From the NCBI RefSeq assembly GCF_051201565.1, contig NZ_CP179200.1, positions 1,440,001 to 1,472,000 on the forward strand: a stretch of DNA of 32,000 bases, written 5' to 3'. A model generated the notes under the pieces. The model was not told the origin of the DNA, did not search any database, and saw only the letters and a list, made by a program, of their open reading frames with translations. The stretch comes from Pseudothioglobus sp. nBUS_23. GTDB taxonomy: Bacteria > Pseudomonadota > Gammaproteobacteria > PS1 > Pseudothioglobaceae. Positions 1 through 11,332 of this stretch are shown here, one piece after another (the stretch's first letter is position 1; the number at the start of each line of letters is the position of its first letter). A program made the translations under genes and the position numbers.

Positions 1-540
1 CTTTTCCTTGGATCTTAATTTAGATTCGAGGTACTGAGGCATCTTATCTGGCAGATCTCTGTAAACTCCCCCCGGCCTGTAATAAGTCGCATGCATTCTT
101 GATCCACTGACCGCCTCATAGCAATCAATTAGGCTTTCACGCTCTCGGAAAGCATACAAAAATACGCTCATCGCACCGACATCTAAACCGTGCGTACCGA
201 CCCACATCAAATGATTCATGATTCTTGTGATCTCATCAAACATCACTCTGATGTATTCTGCCCGCTCAGGAACTTTAATCCCTAGCATTTTTTCAATGCC
301 CATTACGTAAGCATGCTCATTACACATCATAGAGACATAATCAAGTCGATCCATATATCCAATTGATTGGTTGTATGGCTTTGATTCAGCTAATTTTTCT
401 GTTCCCCTATGCAGCAATCCAATATGAGGGTCGGCTCTCTCAACGACCTCTCCGTCCAGCTCAAGAATGAGTCTGAGAACACCGTGTGCAGCAGGGTGCT
501 GTGGTCCAAAGTTCAGAGTGTAGTTTTTCATTTCAGACAT
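1..540 (-). CDS. nuoD: NADH-quinone oxidoreductase subunit D, N-terminal ~180 codons (gene continues past the left edge)
   Basis: Not in the ORF track. Minus-strand translation from the ATG at 540-538 reads [31 protein letters not shown]...[12 protein letters not shown], a classical NuoD/49-kDa N-terminus. It starts 2 nt after the nuoC stop and is open to position 1. Confidence 0.9.
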   Translation of the reverse strand, partial: MSEMKNYTLNFGPQHPAAHGVLRLILELDGEVVERADPHIGLLHRGTEKLAESKPYNQSIGYMDRLDYVSMMCNEHAYVMGIEKMLGIKVPERAEYIRVMFDEITRIMNHLMWVGTHGLDVGAMSVFLYAFRERESLIDCYEAVSGSRMHATYYRPGGVYRDLPDKMPQYLESKLRSKEK

Positions 541-542
541 AT

Positions 543-1157
543 TTACTTCCTTATCACTCTGGGAACATTGACGTTTGGCTCAATACTAACTGGCTCATAG
601 ACCACTCTTCCTAATTCCTCATCATAACGCATCTCTACTTCACCAATCATTGGGAAATCTTTTCTGAGCGGATGGCCAACAAAGCCATAATCAGTCAAAA
701 TCCTTCTCAGGTCATTATGGTTTTCAAACAGAATTCCAAATAAATCAAAAGCCTCTCTTTCAAACCAGTCAGCACAATTCCAAATCTTAGTGACCGATTG
801 AATCATTAAGTTCTCAGAAGATAGAAGTGCCTTTACTCTAAGTCTCTGGTTAGTTGAAACAGAAAGTAAATGGTAAACCACTCCAAAGCGCTGTTCTTTT
901 TGATTGGTTGATTGTTGTGCTTGACGAGCCCTTCCAAATCCAGATGAGCTGGCATTACCATTCCAGTCAGAATCACCATAAGTTAAATAATCGATACCGC
1001 AAAGATCCATCAATATTTCGAATTGAAAATCGTCTTTTAATTTCTGGCAAACCTCTAAAACGTCTTCACTCTTGATGTTTAGTGTGAGCTCATTAAGAGA
1101 TTCACTCACATTTTTTTTACCAAAGGCTTTGGATAATTTTTGCTTTAATTCTTTCAT
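543..1157 (-). CDS. nuoC: NADH-quinone oxidoreductase subunit C (separate from NuoD, not a CD fusion)
   Basis: 204 aa with ...[20 protein letters not shown]...GHPLRKDFP, typical of NuoC/30-kDa subunits. Lies between nuoB and nuoD. Confidence 0.9.
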   Translation of the reverse strand: MKELKQKLSKAFGKKNVSESLNELTLNIKSEDVLEVCQKLKDDFQFEILMDLCGIDYLTYGDSDWNGNASSSGFGRARQAQQSTNQKEQRFGVVYHLLSVSTNQRLRVKALLSSENLMIQSVTKIWNCADWFEREAFDLFGILFENHNDLRRILTDYGFVGHPLRKDFPMIGEVEMRYDEELGRVVYEPVSIEPNVNVPRVIRK

Positions 1158-1160
1158 GAT

Positions 1161-1640
1161 TTAGGTTCGCGCAATTGTATTGGTTCTTCGAATTTTGTCC
1201 TGCAATTGAAGAATTCCATAAAGGAGTGCTTCAGCTGTTGGGGGACAGCCTGGAACATAAACATCAACAGGAACAATTCGATCACAACCCCTGACTACTG
1301 CATATGAGTAGTGGTAATATCCTCCTCCATTCGCACAAGATCCCATAGATAAGACATACTTTGGTTCTGGCATCTGGTCATAGACCTTTCTCAGTGCAGG
1401 AGCCATTTTGTTAGTCAAAGTTCCCGCAACAATCATCAAGTCTGACTGGCGAGGGGTTGGTCTGAATACAATTCCAAAACGATCAAGGTCATATCTTGAT
1501 GAACCAGCCTCCATCATCTCAACGGCGCAACAAGCAAGGCCAAAAGTCATCGGCCAGAGTGAGCCTGTTCTTGCCCAATTTATAACTTTGTCTAATGAGG
1601 TTGTGACAAAGCCTTCTTTCATTAAGCCTTCAATAGCCAT
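1161..1640 (-). CDS. nuoB: NADH-quinone oxidoreductase subunit B
   Basis: 159 aa with the N2-cluster motifs [23 protein letters not shown] and VPGCPP. Confidence 0.95.
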   Translation of the reverse strand: MAIEGLMKEGFVTTSLDKVINWARTGSLWPMTFGLACCAVEMMEAGSSRYDLDRFGIVFRPTPRQSDLMIVAGTLTNKMAPALRKVYDQMPEPKYVLSMGSCANGGGYYHYSYAVVRGCDRIVPVDVYVPGCPPTAEALLYGILQLQDKIRRTNTIART

Positions 1641-1652
1641 AGTGACTCCTTG

Positions 1653-2009
1653 TTATTCCCACTCTAAAGCCCCTTTTTTCCACTCAAAAATAAATCCAAC
1701 CACAAGAAGCAGTAAAAATATAGACATTGAAATAAAACCAAACCATCCAAGCTCAGCCTGAACGACTGCCCAAGGAATAAAAAAGGCAACTTCAAGGTCA
1801 AAAAGGACAAACAAAATCGCAACGAGATAGTAGCGGATGTTGAAGTGCATACGAGAATCATCAAAAGCTGGAAATCCGCACTCAAATTGTGAGTTTTTTT
1901 CCTCACTCGGATCGCTCGGACCAAGCAGGTAGCCAACAACTGTAAGCCCTACTCCAAAGGCAATTCCTAGGAAAATAAAGACGATAATGGGTAAATAATT
2001 TTCGAGCAT
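1653..2009 (-). CDS. nuoA: NADH-quinone oxidoreductase subunit A
   Basis: 118 aa, three predicted TM segments, FECGF...YLVAILFVLFDLEVAF motif. First gene of the nuo order A-B-C-D. Confidence 0.9.
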   Translation of the reverse strand: MLENYLPIIVFIFLGIAFGVGLTVVGYLLGPSDPSEEKNSQFECGFPAFDDSRMHFNIRYYLVAILFVLFDLEVAFFIPWAVVQAELGWFGFISMSIFLLLLVVGFIFEWKKGALEWE

Positions 2010-2036
2010 TGTTTATCCTCAACTAAACAGCGCAAT

Positions 2037-2042
2037 ATTATA
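2037..2042 (-). promoter_or_regulatory. Possible -10 hexamer (TATAAT on the minus strand) upstream of nuoA
   Basis: Plus-strand ATTATA is TATAAT on the minus strand, about 27 nt upstream of the nuoA ATG. A GAGGA Shine-Dalgarno follows. I found no convincing -35 hexamer at 16-18 bp spacing. Confidence 0.25.
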
Positions 2043-2102
2043 ACAAGATTATGAGAAAACAGCCAGTTAAAAAGCAGTTAATTTAAAGCAAAAGGTAGCG
2101 AA

Positions 2103-3521
2103 TTAAAGCTGAGTACCGCCTACGGTTAAGTTATCAACTTTGAGGCTTGGCTGCCCAACACCAACAGGAACGCTTTGGCCATCTTTACCGCAAACACCTA
2201 TGCCAGGGTCAAGCTTTAGATCATCACCTACCATTGAAATTTGATGGAGCACTTCATCCCCTGAGCCAATAAGAGTTGCGCCCTTGATTGGGGTTGTGAT
2301 TTTTCCATTTTTAACTAGATAGGCCTCATTAGCTGAAAATACAAATTTTCCCGAGGTAATATCCACTTGACCACCGTCAAAGTTTTTAGCGTAAATACCA
2401 TCGTCTACTGATGAAATCATATCCTCAAATTTGTCATCTCCATTAAGCATATAGGTGTTGGTCATTCTTGGCATTGGAATGTGTGCATAGGATTCCCGCC
2501 TGCCATTTCCAGTACTCGGTTTATTCATGAGTCGGCCATTCATCTTGTCCATCATGTAGCCTTTGAGCAATCCGTTTTCGATTAGAGTTGTCTCTTGAGT
2601 AGGCGTACCTTCATCATCAATCGTCAGACTTCCACGACGATTTTCTATTGTTCCGTTGTCAACAATTGTGCACTTTTCACTCGCAACTTTTTCACCAATT
2701 CTGCCGCTGAAAACAGAGCTTCCTTTTCGATTAAAATCGCCCTCTAGCCCATGACCTATAGCCTCATGCAAAAGAACTCCAGGCCAACCAGATCCAAGAA
2801 TGACTGGCATCTTTCCAGCAGGAGCATCTTTAGATTCAAGCGCCACTAAAGCCAGTCTAATTGCTTCTTTAGTGTAGGTTTCAGCGAGTGAGTTTTTTGC
2901 AAAATAACTATAATCATATCTACCTCCACCACCAGTAGAGGCCTGCTCAATCCTTCCATTGTGTTCGACAACCACTGAGACGTTCACTCTAACCATAGGC
3001 CTGCAATCAACTTGATAAACTCCGTCAGTAGATGCTATTAATACTTCTGTGTAAGCACCTGAAAGAGAGGCGTTTACCTGGACAACTTTTGGCTCTTTTC
3101 TTGCCATTGAATCAATCTGCCTCAGCATATCTACCTTTTGTTCAGAAGACAAACTATCTAGAGGGCTAATTGCAGCATACTTAGAAGGATAACTAGTGCT
3201 CTTTAAAATCTTAGGCGCCTTATTTGATTTATGATTTGAAATACCTTTTGCAAAATCCACAGCCCCTTGAATGGCCTTGAGATTCAGATCATCAGAATAT
3301 GAAAATCCTGTTTGATCTCCAGATACGCATCTTGCTCCTACGCCATGAGTAATATTGTATGAGCCATCTTTAACGATACCTTCGTCAAGAACCCATGACT
3401 CAGCGATAGAGTGTTGAAAAAATAAATCAGAATAATCTGAACCATTTTCTGACATGGAGCTCAACAGATTAAAAATTTCAGTTTCATTGATTTTATGATC
3501 ACTAAGTAGTTGATTTATCAT
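2103..3521 (-). CDS. tldD: Metalloprotease TldD
   Basis: 472 aa with the HEAIGHGLE zinc motif and a glycine-rich C-terminal region typical of TldD/PmbA-family proteins. ATGA stop/start overlap with the upstream YhdP-like gene. Confidence 0.9.
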   Translation of the reverse strand: MINQLLSDHKINETEIFNLLSSMSENGSDYSDLFFQHSIAESWVLDEGIVKDGSYNITHGVGARCVSGDQTGFSYSDDLNLKAIQGAVDFAKGISNHKSNKAPKILKSTSYPSKYAAISPLDSLSSEQKVDMLRQIDSMARKEPKVVQVNASLSGAYTEVLIASTDGVYQVDCRPMVRVNVSVVVEHNGRIEQASTGGGGRYDYSYFAKNSLAETYTKEAIRLALVALESKDAPAGKMPVILGSGWPGVLLHEAIGHGLEGDFNRKGSSVFSGRIGEKVASEKCTIVDNGTIENRRGSLTIDDEGTPTQETTLIENGLLKGYMMDKMNGRLMNKPSTGNGRRESYAHIPMPRMTNTYMLNGDDKFEDMISSVDDGIYAKNFDGGQVDITSGKFVFSANEAYLVKNGKITTPIKGATLIGSGDEVLHQISMVGDDLKLDPGIGVCGKDGQSVPVGVGQPSLKVDNLTVGGTQL

Positions 3522-6037
3522 AAGACTTTAACTCCATCTAGTTTTTCAATAACTGGCTCTGACCAGGGGCCAGATATAATAAAAGTAACCTCAATAGCAT
3601 TATCTAGAAGTCCACTCATTACCTCACCACCAAAAAGCATCTTATCGGCAGCCCAAACGCCAAGCCCTGCAAGACCGCCTCCAGCTAAATAAGTGGCCAG
3701 AGGAATTGTGTCGGCTAAAGCAGGTTGTACATTTGCTGCTAAATTATAATCTCTTTTTATTACATCAACGCTCCCAGTCAACTCAATATCACTCTCTTCA
3801 CTCTCAACTAAAAAATAATCAACCTTTGCAACTCCTTTATTAAAAAGTAATTTAGCATTGATATGATCATAGACGTAACCCTGCTCTCTGAGTTCATCTC
3901 TAGAAAGTCTAAGTCTATTGGCAATCGATTCTAGATTAATATAAGAGAGAAGTTTGAAAAGATTAGGGTCTTGATTTGTAAATACACCCTCTGCAACGTC
4001 TGCCTGCATATAGCCTGTTAATTGCTCTAAGGATATCTCCCATGGCTGGCAATCACAGTAGAGCCTTAAGTCAATGTTAAACCCCCCTCCAATGACTGGC
4101 TCATCAACTCCAAACTTATCTAAAAAGCTTGACAAGTTGTCATTTACTGCTTTGGCTCTTAAGGCTGTTTTTCCATTGAGCCAACTTCCATTAAATATTA
4201 GGTCTTCATCACTCAGTCCAATATTTTCAAATACTAGATTTTTAATCTCCATAACGTATTCGTGGCTTATAAGGTCAGCTTCAAAATTTGGTATATCTTG
4301 ATCATTTACTCTTGAGTTTTTAGCCGTCAGATGAAAATTTGGAAAGATTTTTGGAGAAAGTTCCCACTTGTCAATATTATCGATAGATGAGACATTTAAA
4401 TCAGCAAGACTAACCATCAATTTACCCTTGTCATTTAGAAACACAGATACATTAGCATTCAGATTTTCTGAGTTAATAGAGCTATTCCATTTGCCATTTA
4501 CATCTTTACTAATAAAGGCATCAGTTGCAGTTTCTAAATGACTTAACTTAACTCTTAATCCTGGCTTTTGTTCATCAATCCAATCCTTAGGATTAAGTGA
4601 AATTTGAAACAACTCTTGGCCAATAAGACCCTTACCTTTTGTTCTAATTAGACCATCGTTGTATGAAATCTGAGAGTTAAAATCATCTATTTTGAGTTTC
4701 CCATCTAAAACACTTAATGAATTATTCGAGGCGAACATATCAAAACTCAAGTTGAGCTTTTGGTCATTATCCCTTTGAGTGGGAACCACCATATTGACGT
4801 TACCCCAAAGCTTGCCATTCAATTCAAACTCTTTAAGATAAGCTTTAATTTTTTCAGAAACAGAAGATTTTTTGATGAAGTCTTCTATTATCAGACTCTC
4901 TGAGTTAAATCTTGCATTCAGCGACAAAGTCGAATCTGGCAGAGAAAAGTCTCTTGTGGTTATGCTTAAATAACTTAAATCAATATCTTCAACGCTCGCC
5001 TGATTTCCTACAATCTTAAGGTAATCATTTGAAAAATTAACTTTGGCATTGATATTTTCAATAGAAGGCCACTTTGGATCAGCACTGATTGTGGCGCCAT
5101 TAAGGTTCGCAGAAAATTTAGTATTTGGTGACTCAATCTCTCCCGACATATTAAATCGTGTTGTCAGCATGATATCTGTAAGTGAGCCCTCAGTTAGGAC
5201 TGTTTCTATCCATTGGACAGTCCTAGAATCTGCCAACGATTCAGGAATATTTTGACTTATCTTGTTAACCTCAATTTGGTCTATATAGCTTTCAAAATCA
5301 AGAAAAACCTGGTCCTGTTGGTTAAAGATTTTGACCTGTGCTGAAAGATTAAAATCTTCGTTATTAATTGAAAAAGGTATAACTGCGACCCGCTCTTCTC
5401 TTGCTTTAGCAACATCGATGCTAGTATTAATTCGAACCGAACTGCCTAGTTTAGGAACTTGTGAACTGCTAAAGATTGACTCATCCCTCATTGACAGACT
5501 GATTTTCTGCTCGTTCCTTTTCAGCTCCATTGGAGCAAGATCTAAAGATTGCTCCCCGATGAGCTTTGTTCTATTAATTGAGAGTGACTTAAGGGCAAGT
5601 AACCCTGAAATGCCAATGTTAGATAAAACTCCATCAGTATTAATGATTCCAACATACTTATCAATAAATGAGGTGTCAATTACTAACTCATTGATATCAA
5701 TATGGCCCGGTATGTCAATGCCCTCATAGAGAGCCTTAAGATCTACATTCCACCTTAATACATCTATTTTTGCAATTGGTTTAAGTCCATCAGCACTAAT
5801 TTGCAGATCTTTGACAGCCAATAATAGTTCATTTTCTTGAAACTCGAGTGATATTTTTTCAATGGCGATGTCTAGTCCACTGACCTCAGAGAGTCGACTT
5901 TCAATTTGGCCTTTGATAGTTTGAGGAAAGAGGATAAAAAAAGCAACAACGGCTAATAGGGCAAGGGCTATCAATGCAGTAACCCAAGTACTAATCTTTA
6001 AAATATTGAGACTTCTTAGGAGGGTTTTTTTTAACAT
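3518..6037 (-). CDS. YhdP/AsmA-like envelope protein (N-terminal TM anchor, long repetitive beta-rich body, DUF3971-like tail)
   Basis: 839 aa with a single N-terminal hydrophobic anchor (WVTALIALALLAVVAFFILF). The C-terminal ...LAGGGLAGLGVWAADKM...ISGPWSEP resembles YhdP-family tails. Synteny with tldD matches E. coli yhdP-tldD. The family call rests on synteny and architecture, not on an alignment I could run. Confidence 0.6.
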   Translation of the reverse strand: MLKKTLLRSLNILKISTWVTALIALALLAVVAFFILFPQTIKGQIESRLSEVSGLDIAIEKISLEFQENELLLAVKDLQISADGLKPIAKIDVLRWNVDLKALYEGIDIPGHIDINELVIDTSFIDKYVGIINTDGVLSNIGISGLLALKSLSINRTKLIGEQSLDLAPMELKRNEQKISLSMRDESIFSSSQVPKLGSSVRINTSIDVAKAREERVAVIPFSINNEDFNLSAQVKIFNQQDQVFLDFESYIDQIEVNKISQNIPESLADSRTVQWIETVLTEGSLTDIMLTTRFNMSGEIESPNTKFSANLNGATISADPKWPSIENINAKVNFSNDYLKIVGNQASVEDIDLSYLSITTRDFSLPDSTLSLNARFNSESLIIEDFIKKSSVSEKIKAYLKEFELNGKLWGNVNMVVPTQRDNDQKLNLSFDMFASNNSLSVLDGKLKIDDFNSQISYNDGLIRTKGKGLIGQELFQISLNPKDWIDEQKPGLRVKLSHLETATDAFISKDVNGKWNSSINSENLNANVSVFLNDKGKLMVSLADLNVSSIDNIDKWELSPKIFPNFHLTAKNSRVNDQDIPNFEADLISHEYVMEIKNLVFENIGLSDEDLIFNGSWLNGKTALRAKAVNDNLSSFLDKFGVDEPVIGGGFNIDLRLYCDCQPWEISLEQLTGYMQADVAEGVFTNQDPNLFKLLSYINLESIANRLRLSRDELREQGYVYDHINAKLLFNKGVAKVDYFLVESEESDIELTGSVDVIKRDYNLAANVQPALADTIPLATYLAGGGLAGLGVWAADKMLFGGEVMSGLLDNAIEVTFIISGPWSEPVIEKLDGVKVL

Positions 6038-6118
6038 ATTTTTGTTGCAATCAACTGCAAGTTATTATAACCAAATGTATAATATTGCGGAATTTAATCT
6101 AATCTAAGGGAAGAGTCA

Positions 6119-6580
6119 ATGAGTCAAGGTACATCAGCTTCAACAAAATTAATGCTAATCGTTTGGGCGCTTGCCATGATTTTTATTGGTTATATGTCAC
6201 TGACTTCTTCAAGCCATGATTCGTCAACTAGCGACATGATGGTTGATAATGCTGTTCTTGAAAGGATTAAACCCGTTGGAGAAGTTCGAATAGACTCAAG
6301 TACAATGGTTGCATCAGCTGAGAGCACTGAAACAGCTGAGCGCTCTGGAGAAGAAATTTATAATAGCAAATGCGCCGGATGCCATACCTCTGGAATCATG
6401 GGCGCGCCTAAGTATGCTTCTCTAGCAGACTGGTCATCAAGAATTGACCTTGGTCTGGATAAACTGACTGCCTCAGCAATAGCAGGTAAGGGCGGAATGC
6501 CAGCAAGAGGAACCTGTATGGACTGTTCTGATAATGAAATCAAGATTACAGTTCAATATATGTTGGATAGCTTGGAGTAG
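6119..6580 (+). CDS. Membrane-anchored c-type cytochrome, cytochrome c5 family
   Basis: 153 aa with an N-terminal TM helix, a Ser/Thr-rich linker, the heme-binding CAGCH motif and a downstream GGMPARG (Met ligand region). An AAGGGAAGAG ribosome-binding site precedes the ATG. Confidence 0.8.
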   Translation: MSQGTSASTKLMLIVWALAMIFIGYMSLTSSSHDSSTSDMMVDNAVLERIKPVGEVRIDSSTMVASAESTETAERSGEEIYNSKCAGCHTSGIMGAPKYASLADWSSRIDLGLDKLTASAIAGKGGMPARGTCMDCSDNEIKITVQYMLDSLE

Positions 6581-6586
6581 AGCAGA

Positions 6587-7078
6587 TTAATGGCTTGATG
6601 GCTGAAAAACGCCCAAGTCTCTATTTTTTTCGACATCACTCCACGGCAAAACCCTTCCATTCATTGCTACATAGACGCCAGGCTCTAAAAGCTGAAGAGA
6701 CCCTAAGGCGCAACCAAAATTAAATAATGCGTCTGAATTATTCACTGCATACGGGACCATAGAACCAAACAAAACAATTGTTTTATTAATTTCTCTCTCA
6801 CCTAAAAGTTTAGCTGTGTCACACATGGTGTCTGTTCCGTGAGTGATTAATATCAGCTCCTCAGCAGAATTTTCACATCTATCTAAAATCAATTGGCGAT
6901 CTATATCAACCATATCTAAACTATCTATAAGTAGGAGTTCTTCTTGAATGAGATCGACTTCGATTCTAGCTCTCTTGATCATTTCTGGAAAATGGGTCTT
7001 ATCAAATTCTAGCTCACCATTGGACTGGTTATAGAACTTATCTATAGTCCCACCTGTAATCAATAGTCTTACTTTCAT
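6587..7078 (-). CDS. Asparaginase N-terminal-domain-only protein (~163 aa)
   Basis: Carries TGGTIDK and HGTDTM, the two threonine-containing catalytic motifs of L-asparaginase/GatD N-domains, but ends where the C-terminal domain would begin. The ORF-track start at 7084 is a GTG, so I prefer the ATG at 7078 (MKVRLLITGG...). Confidence 0.65.
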   Translation of the reverse strand: MKVRLLITGGTIDKFYNQSNGELEFDKTHFPEMIKRARIEVDLIQEELLLIDSLDMVDIDRQLILDRCENSAEELILITHGTDTMCDTAKLLGEREINKTIVLFGSMVPYAVNNSDALFNFGCALGSLQLLEPGVYVAMNGRVLPWSDVEKNRDLGVFQPSSH

Positions 7079-7104
7079 ATACACACCCTAACTAACTTTA
7101 AATA

Positions 7105-7735
7105 CTAATTATAACTTCTCTGACCAAAAATATCAGTCCCAACTCTAACCAGGTTTGCACCATTCTTGATTGCAATCTCAAGGTCTGCGGACATGCCCAT
7201 TGAGAGCGAGTCAAGATTTGGATACTTAGAGATTAATTGTTTCATTTCAGCAAAACTATTTTGTGAATTTTCAGGTCTTGGTATTGTCATAAAACCCCTC
7301 AAAGAAAGGTTAGGAAGGCTCTCTATTTCAGAGACAATCTCTCCAACATTCTCAATATCAACTCCTGACTTAGTCTCCTCTCTATCCACGTTGACCTGAA
7401 TCAAAACATTTAAAGACCCTAAAGCAGGATTTCGTTGATCACTCAGACGCGTTGCAACTTTTATTCTATCTACGCTATGCACCCAATCAAAGTTGCCTGC
7501 TATTGCACTCGTTTTATTAGATTGGATAGGCCCTATAAAATGCCAGATTAATCCACTTCCTTTAAAAAAATTAATTTTTTCAATAGATTCTTGAAGATAG
7601 TTCTCTCCAAAATGGACCTGTCCAGCATCTACAGCCTCTTGAATTTCTTTGGTTGACCTGGTTTTACTGACTGCAATTAGTTCAACCTTCTTTCTAGATT
7701 GAACTGAATCAATTCTCGATTTGACCTGTTTTAAA

Positions 7736-7749
<14 letters not shown>
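7105..7749 (-). CDS. yggS: YggS-family pyridoxal-phosphate homeostasis protein
   Basis: AVSKT (PLP lysine) and FGENY motifs with an alanine-racemase N-domain-like length. The ATG at 7749 gives MISDNLKQVKSRI, which matches the N-terminal spacing of E. coli YggS. The ORF-track start at 7788 is a GTG inside the upstream gene. Confidence 0.85.
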
Positions 7750-9485
<1,736 letters not shown>

Positions 9486-9585
9486 TTACAAAACTTGCGT
9501 GTATTTTAACAGCCATAAGGCTTAATGACAGGCTTTACCTATTTTTTTAATCGCCAATAGTTATTTTTAAGGGGTGATTGCTTTA

Positions 9586-10719
9586 TTATAAGAATATTGC
9601 CTGTAGATCATTAAGAAAGCTTAAGCCTTTGCGGGTGGGCTTTATTTTATTAGCCTGCACATCCAATAAATCCAGACTTACGGCCTCTCTCATTTGTTCA
9701 CTTAGCAATTTAACAGATTGGCCTGTTCTTGACTCATAAAGCTCAGGATTAAAACCACCAATCAATCTTAAACTATTCAACATGAATTCAAATGATAAGT
9801 TTTCCACGGGCTTGGTTCTTAATGCTTGATTATTTTTATTAACTGACATCAAATAATCTTTTGGTGACTTCATTTTCAAAGTTCTGACTATTTCACTAGA
9901 AGTCATATTTGTAATCTTGCCATGAGCACCAGCACCAATTCCAATGTAATCACCAAACTCCCAATAATTCATATTGTGCTTTGATGGCAATGCGCTATAT
10001 GCTGAGATTTCATATTGATGAAACCCTTTTTGATTCAAAAGGTCTGCACCCCTTTCACCAATCCTCCAAATATCTTCATCAGATGGCAGGATAGGGGGAA
10101 ATTTCGAGAATAATGTATTTGGTTCAAGGGTAAGCTGATAAAAGGAGATATGGCTAGGGTTTAAGGAAATTGCAGTCATAACATCATTCATGCATTCATC
10201 AATACTTTGATCTTTTAGGCCATACATTAAATCAATATTTAAATTATCAAAACCAACGTCTTGAGCCTTTAAAATTGCTTCTTGAGCCTCCTTGCCACTA
10301 TGAATTCTTCCCAAAAACTCTAACTTCTCATCATTGAAAGATTGAACTCCTATTGATAGTCGATTAATTCCAATATTTCTGTATTCAGAAAACTTATCAA
10401 CTTCAAATGTTCCCGGATTGGCCTCTAGTGTAATCTCTATATTTGGTGAAAACTCTAATCTATCCTTTAAACCAGCAAATAAGTGAGTAATATCTTTAAT
10501 ACTCATTAAGCTTGGCGTACCTCCCCCAATAAAAATAGAGTTGATTGTCCTCTGCTGCACATACTTCAAATCTCCATCTAAATCCTTCAAAAGAGCGCTA
10601 ATATATCCATCTTGAATCTCGCTATCATGAGAATTGAAGTCACAGTAAGGACATTTTTTTACGCACCACGGGTAGTGAATGTAGAGTGAGAGTGGAGGTA
10701 ACTTAAGTAAATTATTCAA
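9586..10719 (-). CDS. hemW: Radical-SAM heme chaperone HemW (coproporphyrinogen-III-oxidase-like)
   Basis: The N-terminus LPPLSLYIHYPWCVKKCPYCDF carries the CX3CX2C radical-SAM motif and closely matches the E. coli HemW start. The initiation codon is TTG at 10719-10717 and overlaps the rdgB stop by 8 nt. rdgB-hemW synteny is as in E. coli. Confidence 0.88.
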   Translation of the reverse strand: MNNLLKLPPLSLYIHYPWCVKKCPYCDFNSHDSEIQDGYISALLKDLDGDLKYVQQRTINSIFIGGGTPSLMSIKDITHLFAGLKDRLEFSPNIEITLEANPGTFEVDKFSEYRNIGINRLSIGVQSFNDEKLEFLGRIHSGKEAQEAILKAQDVGFDNLNIDLMYGLKDQSIDECMNDVMTAISLNPSHISFYQLTLEPNTLFSKFPPILPSDEDIWRIGERGADLLNQKGFHQYEISAYSALPSKHNMNYWEFGDYIGIGAGAHGKITNMTSSEIVRTLKMKSPKDYLMSVNKNNQALRTKPVENLSFEFMLNSLRLIGGFNPELYESRTGQSVKLLSEQMREAVSLDLLDVQANKIKPTRKGLSFLNDLQAIFL

Positions 10720-11299
10720 TGAGTGATAACTCTGCTAATAAATCTCTAAGCGCAAGCCCTCGATGCGATATTCTATTTTTAGTTTCTGGATTAAGCTGAG
10801 CAGAGCTGCAATCATATTCCTTTAAATAAAAAATTGGGTCATAACCAAATCCATTTTTTCCAATAGGGGTTTTTAAAATTTCGCCATACCATCGCCTTTC
10901 TATAATGACCGGGTCAGAATCCTGAGCATCCCGAACGAAAACCATTGCACAACAAAAATTAGCCTTACGATTAGTGTGGCTCTCCATTGCTTTAAGAAGC
11001 TTGGTTATATTTTCCTCATCAGATGCATTTTCTCCTGCATATCGTGCTGAGTAAATCCCTGGTTCGCCTTCAAGCGCTTCTACCTCTAGGCCTGAGTCAT
11101 CGGCTAGTGCAGGAAGTTGACTCTGAGATGCAGCATTTCTTGCTTTAATTAAAGCATTTTCGATAAAAGAACTGCCAGTTTCTGGCACCTCAATTACCTT
11201 TAGCTGTTTTTGGGAGACCACGGTGTAATGACCGTCTAACATTGCATTTAGTTCTCTTACCTTTCCAAGATTTCCGGTTGCAAGGATTATTTTTTTCAT
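10712..11299 (-). CDS. rdgB: dITP/XTP pyrophosphatase (non-canonical purine NTP pyrophosphatase)
   Basis: The ATG at 11299 gives MKKIILATGNLGKVREL. FGYDPIF and SHR motifs are present. The 14 upstream codons in the ORF track are probably not translated. Confidence 0.9.
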   Translation of the reverse strand: MKKIILATGNLGKVRELNAMLDGHYTVVSQKQLKVIEVPETGSSFIENALIKARNAASQSQLPALADDSGLEVEALEGEPGIYSARYAGENASDEENITKLLKAMESHTNRKANFCCAMVFVRDAQDSDPVIIERRWYGEILKTPIGKNGFGYDPIFYLKEYDCSSAQLNPETKNRISHRGLALRDLLAELSLIE

Positions 11300-11332
11300 C
11301 GTGTATAATTTTGCATTAAAGATGGAGGCAAC

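Noticed and set aside
1-1157. Separate nuoC and nuoD genes, unlike the fused nuoCD of E. coli.
   Set aside because: Unfused C and D subunits are common in many proteobacterial lineages. This is useful only as a weak taxonomic hint, not a novelty.
5331-5729. Long antisense ORFs in the track: 132 aa inside the YhdP-like gene, plus 1408-1761, 24191-24490, 26493-26774, 16053-16322 and similar.
   Set aside because: They lie fully inside well-supported genes on the opposite strand. They have the Ser/Leu/Ile-rich low-complexity composition typical of shadow frames, and they have no ribosome-binding site or recognisable motif.
11278-11310. Apparent sigma70 promoter for rpiA: TTGCAA (11278-11283) plus TATAAT (11305-11310) inside the rdgB 5' end.
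   Set aside because: The spacing between the hexamers is 21 bp, outside the functional 16-19 bp range. The TATAAT alone may still serve as a -10 element, but I cannot support a full promoter call.
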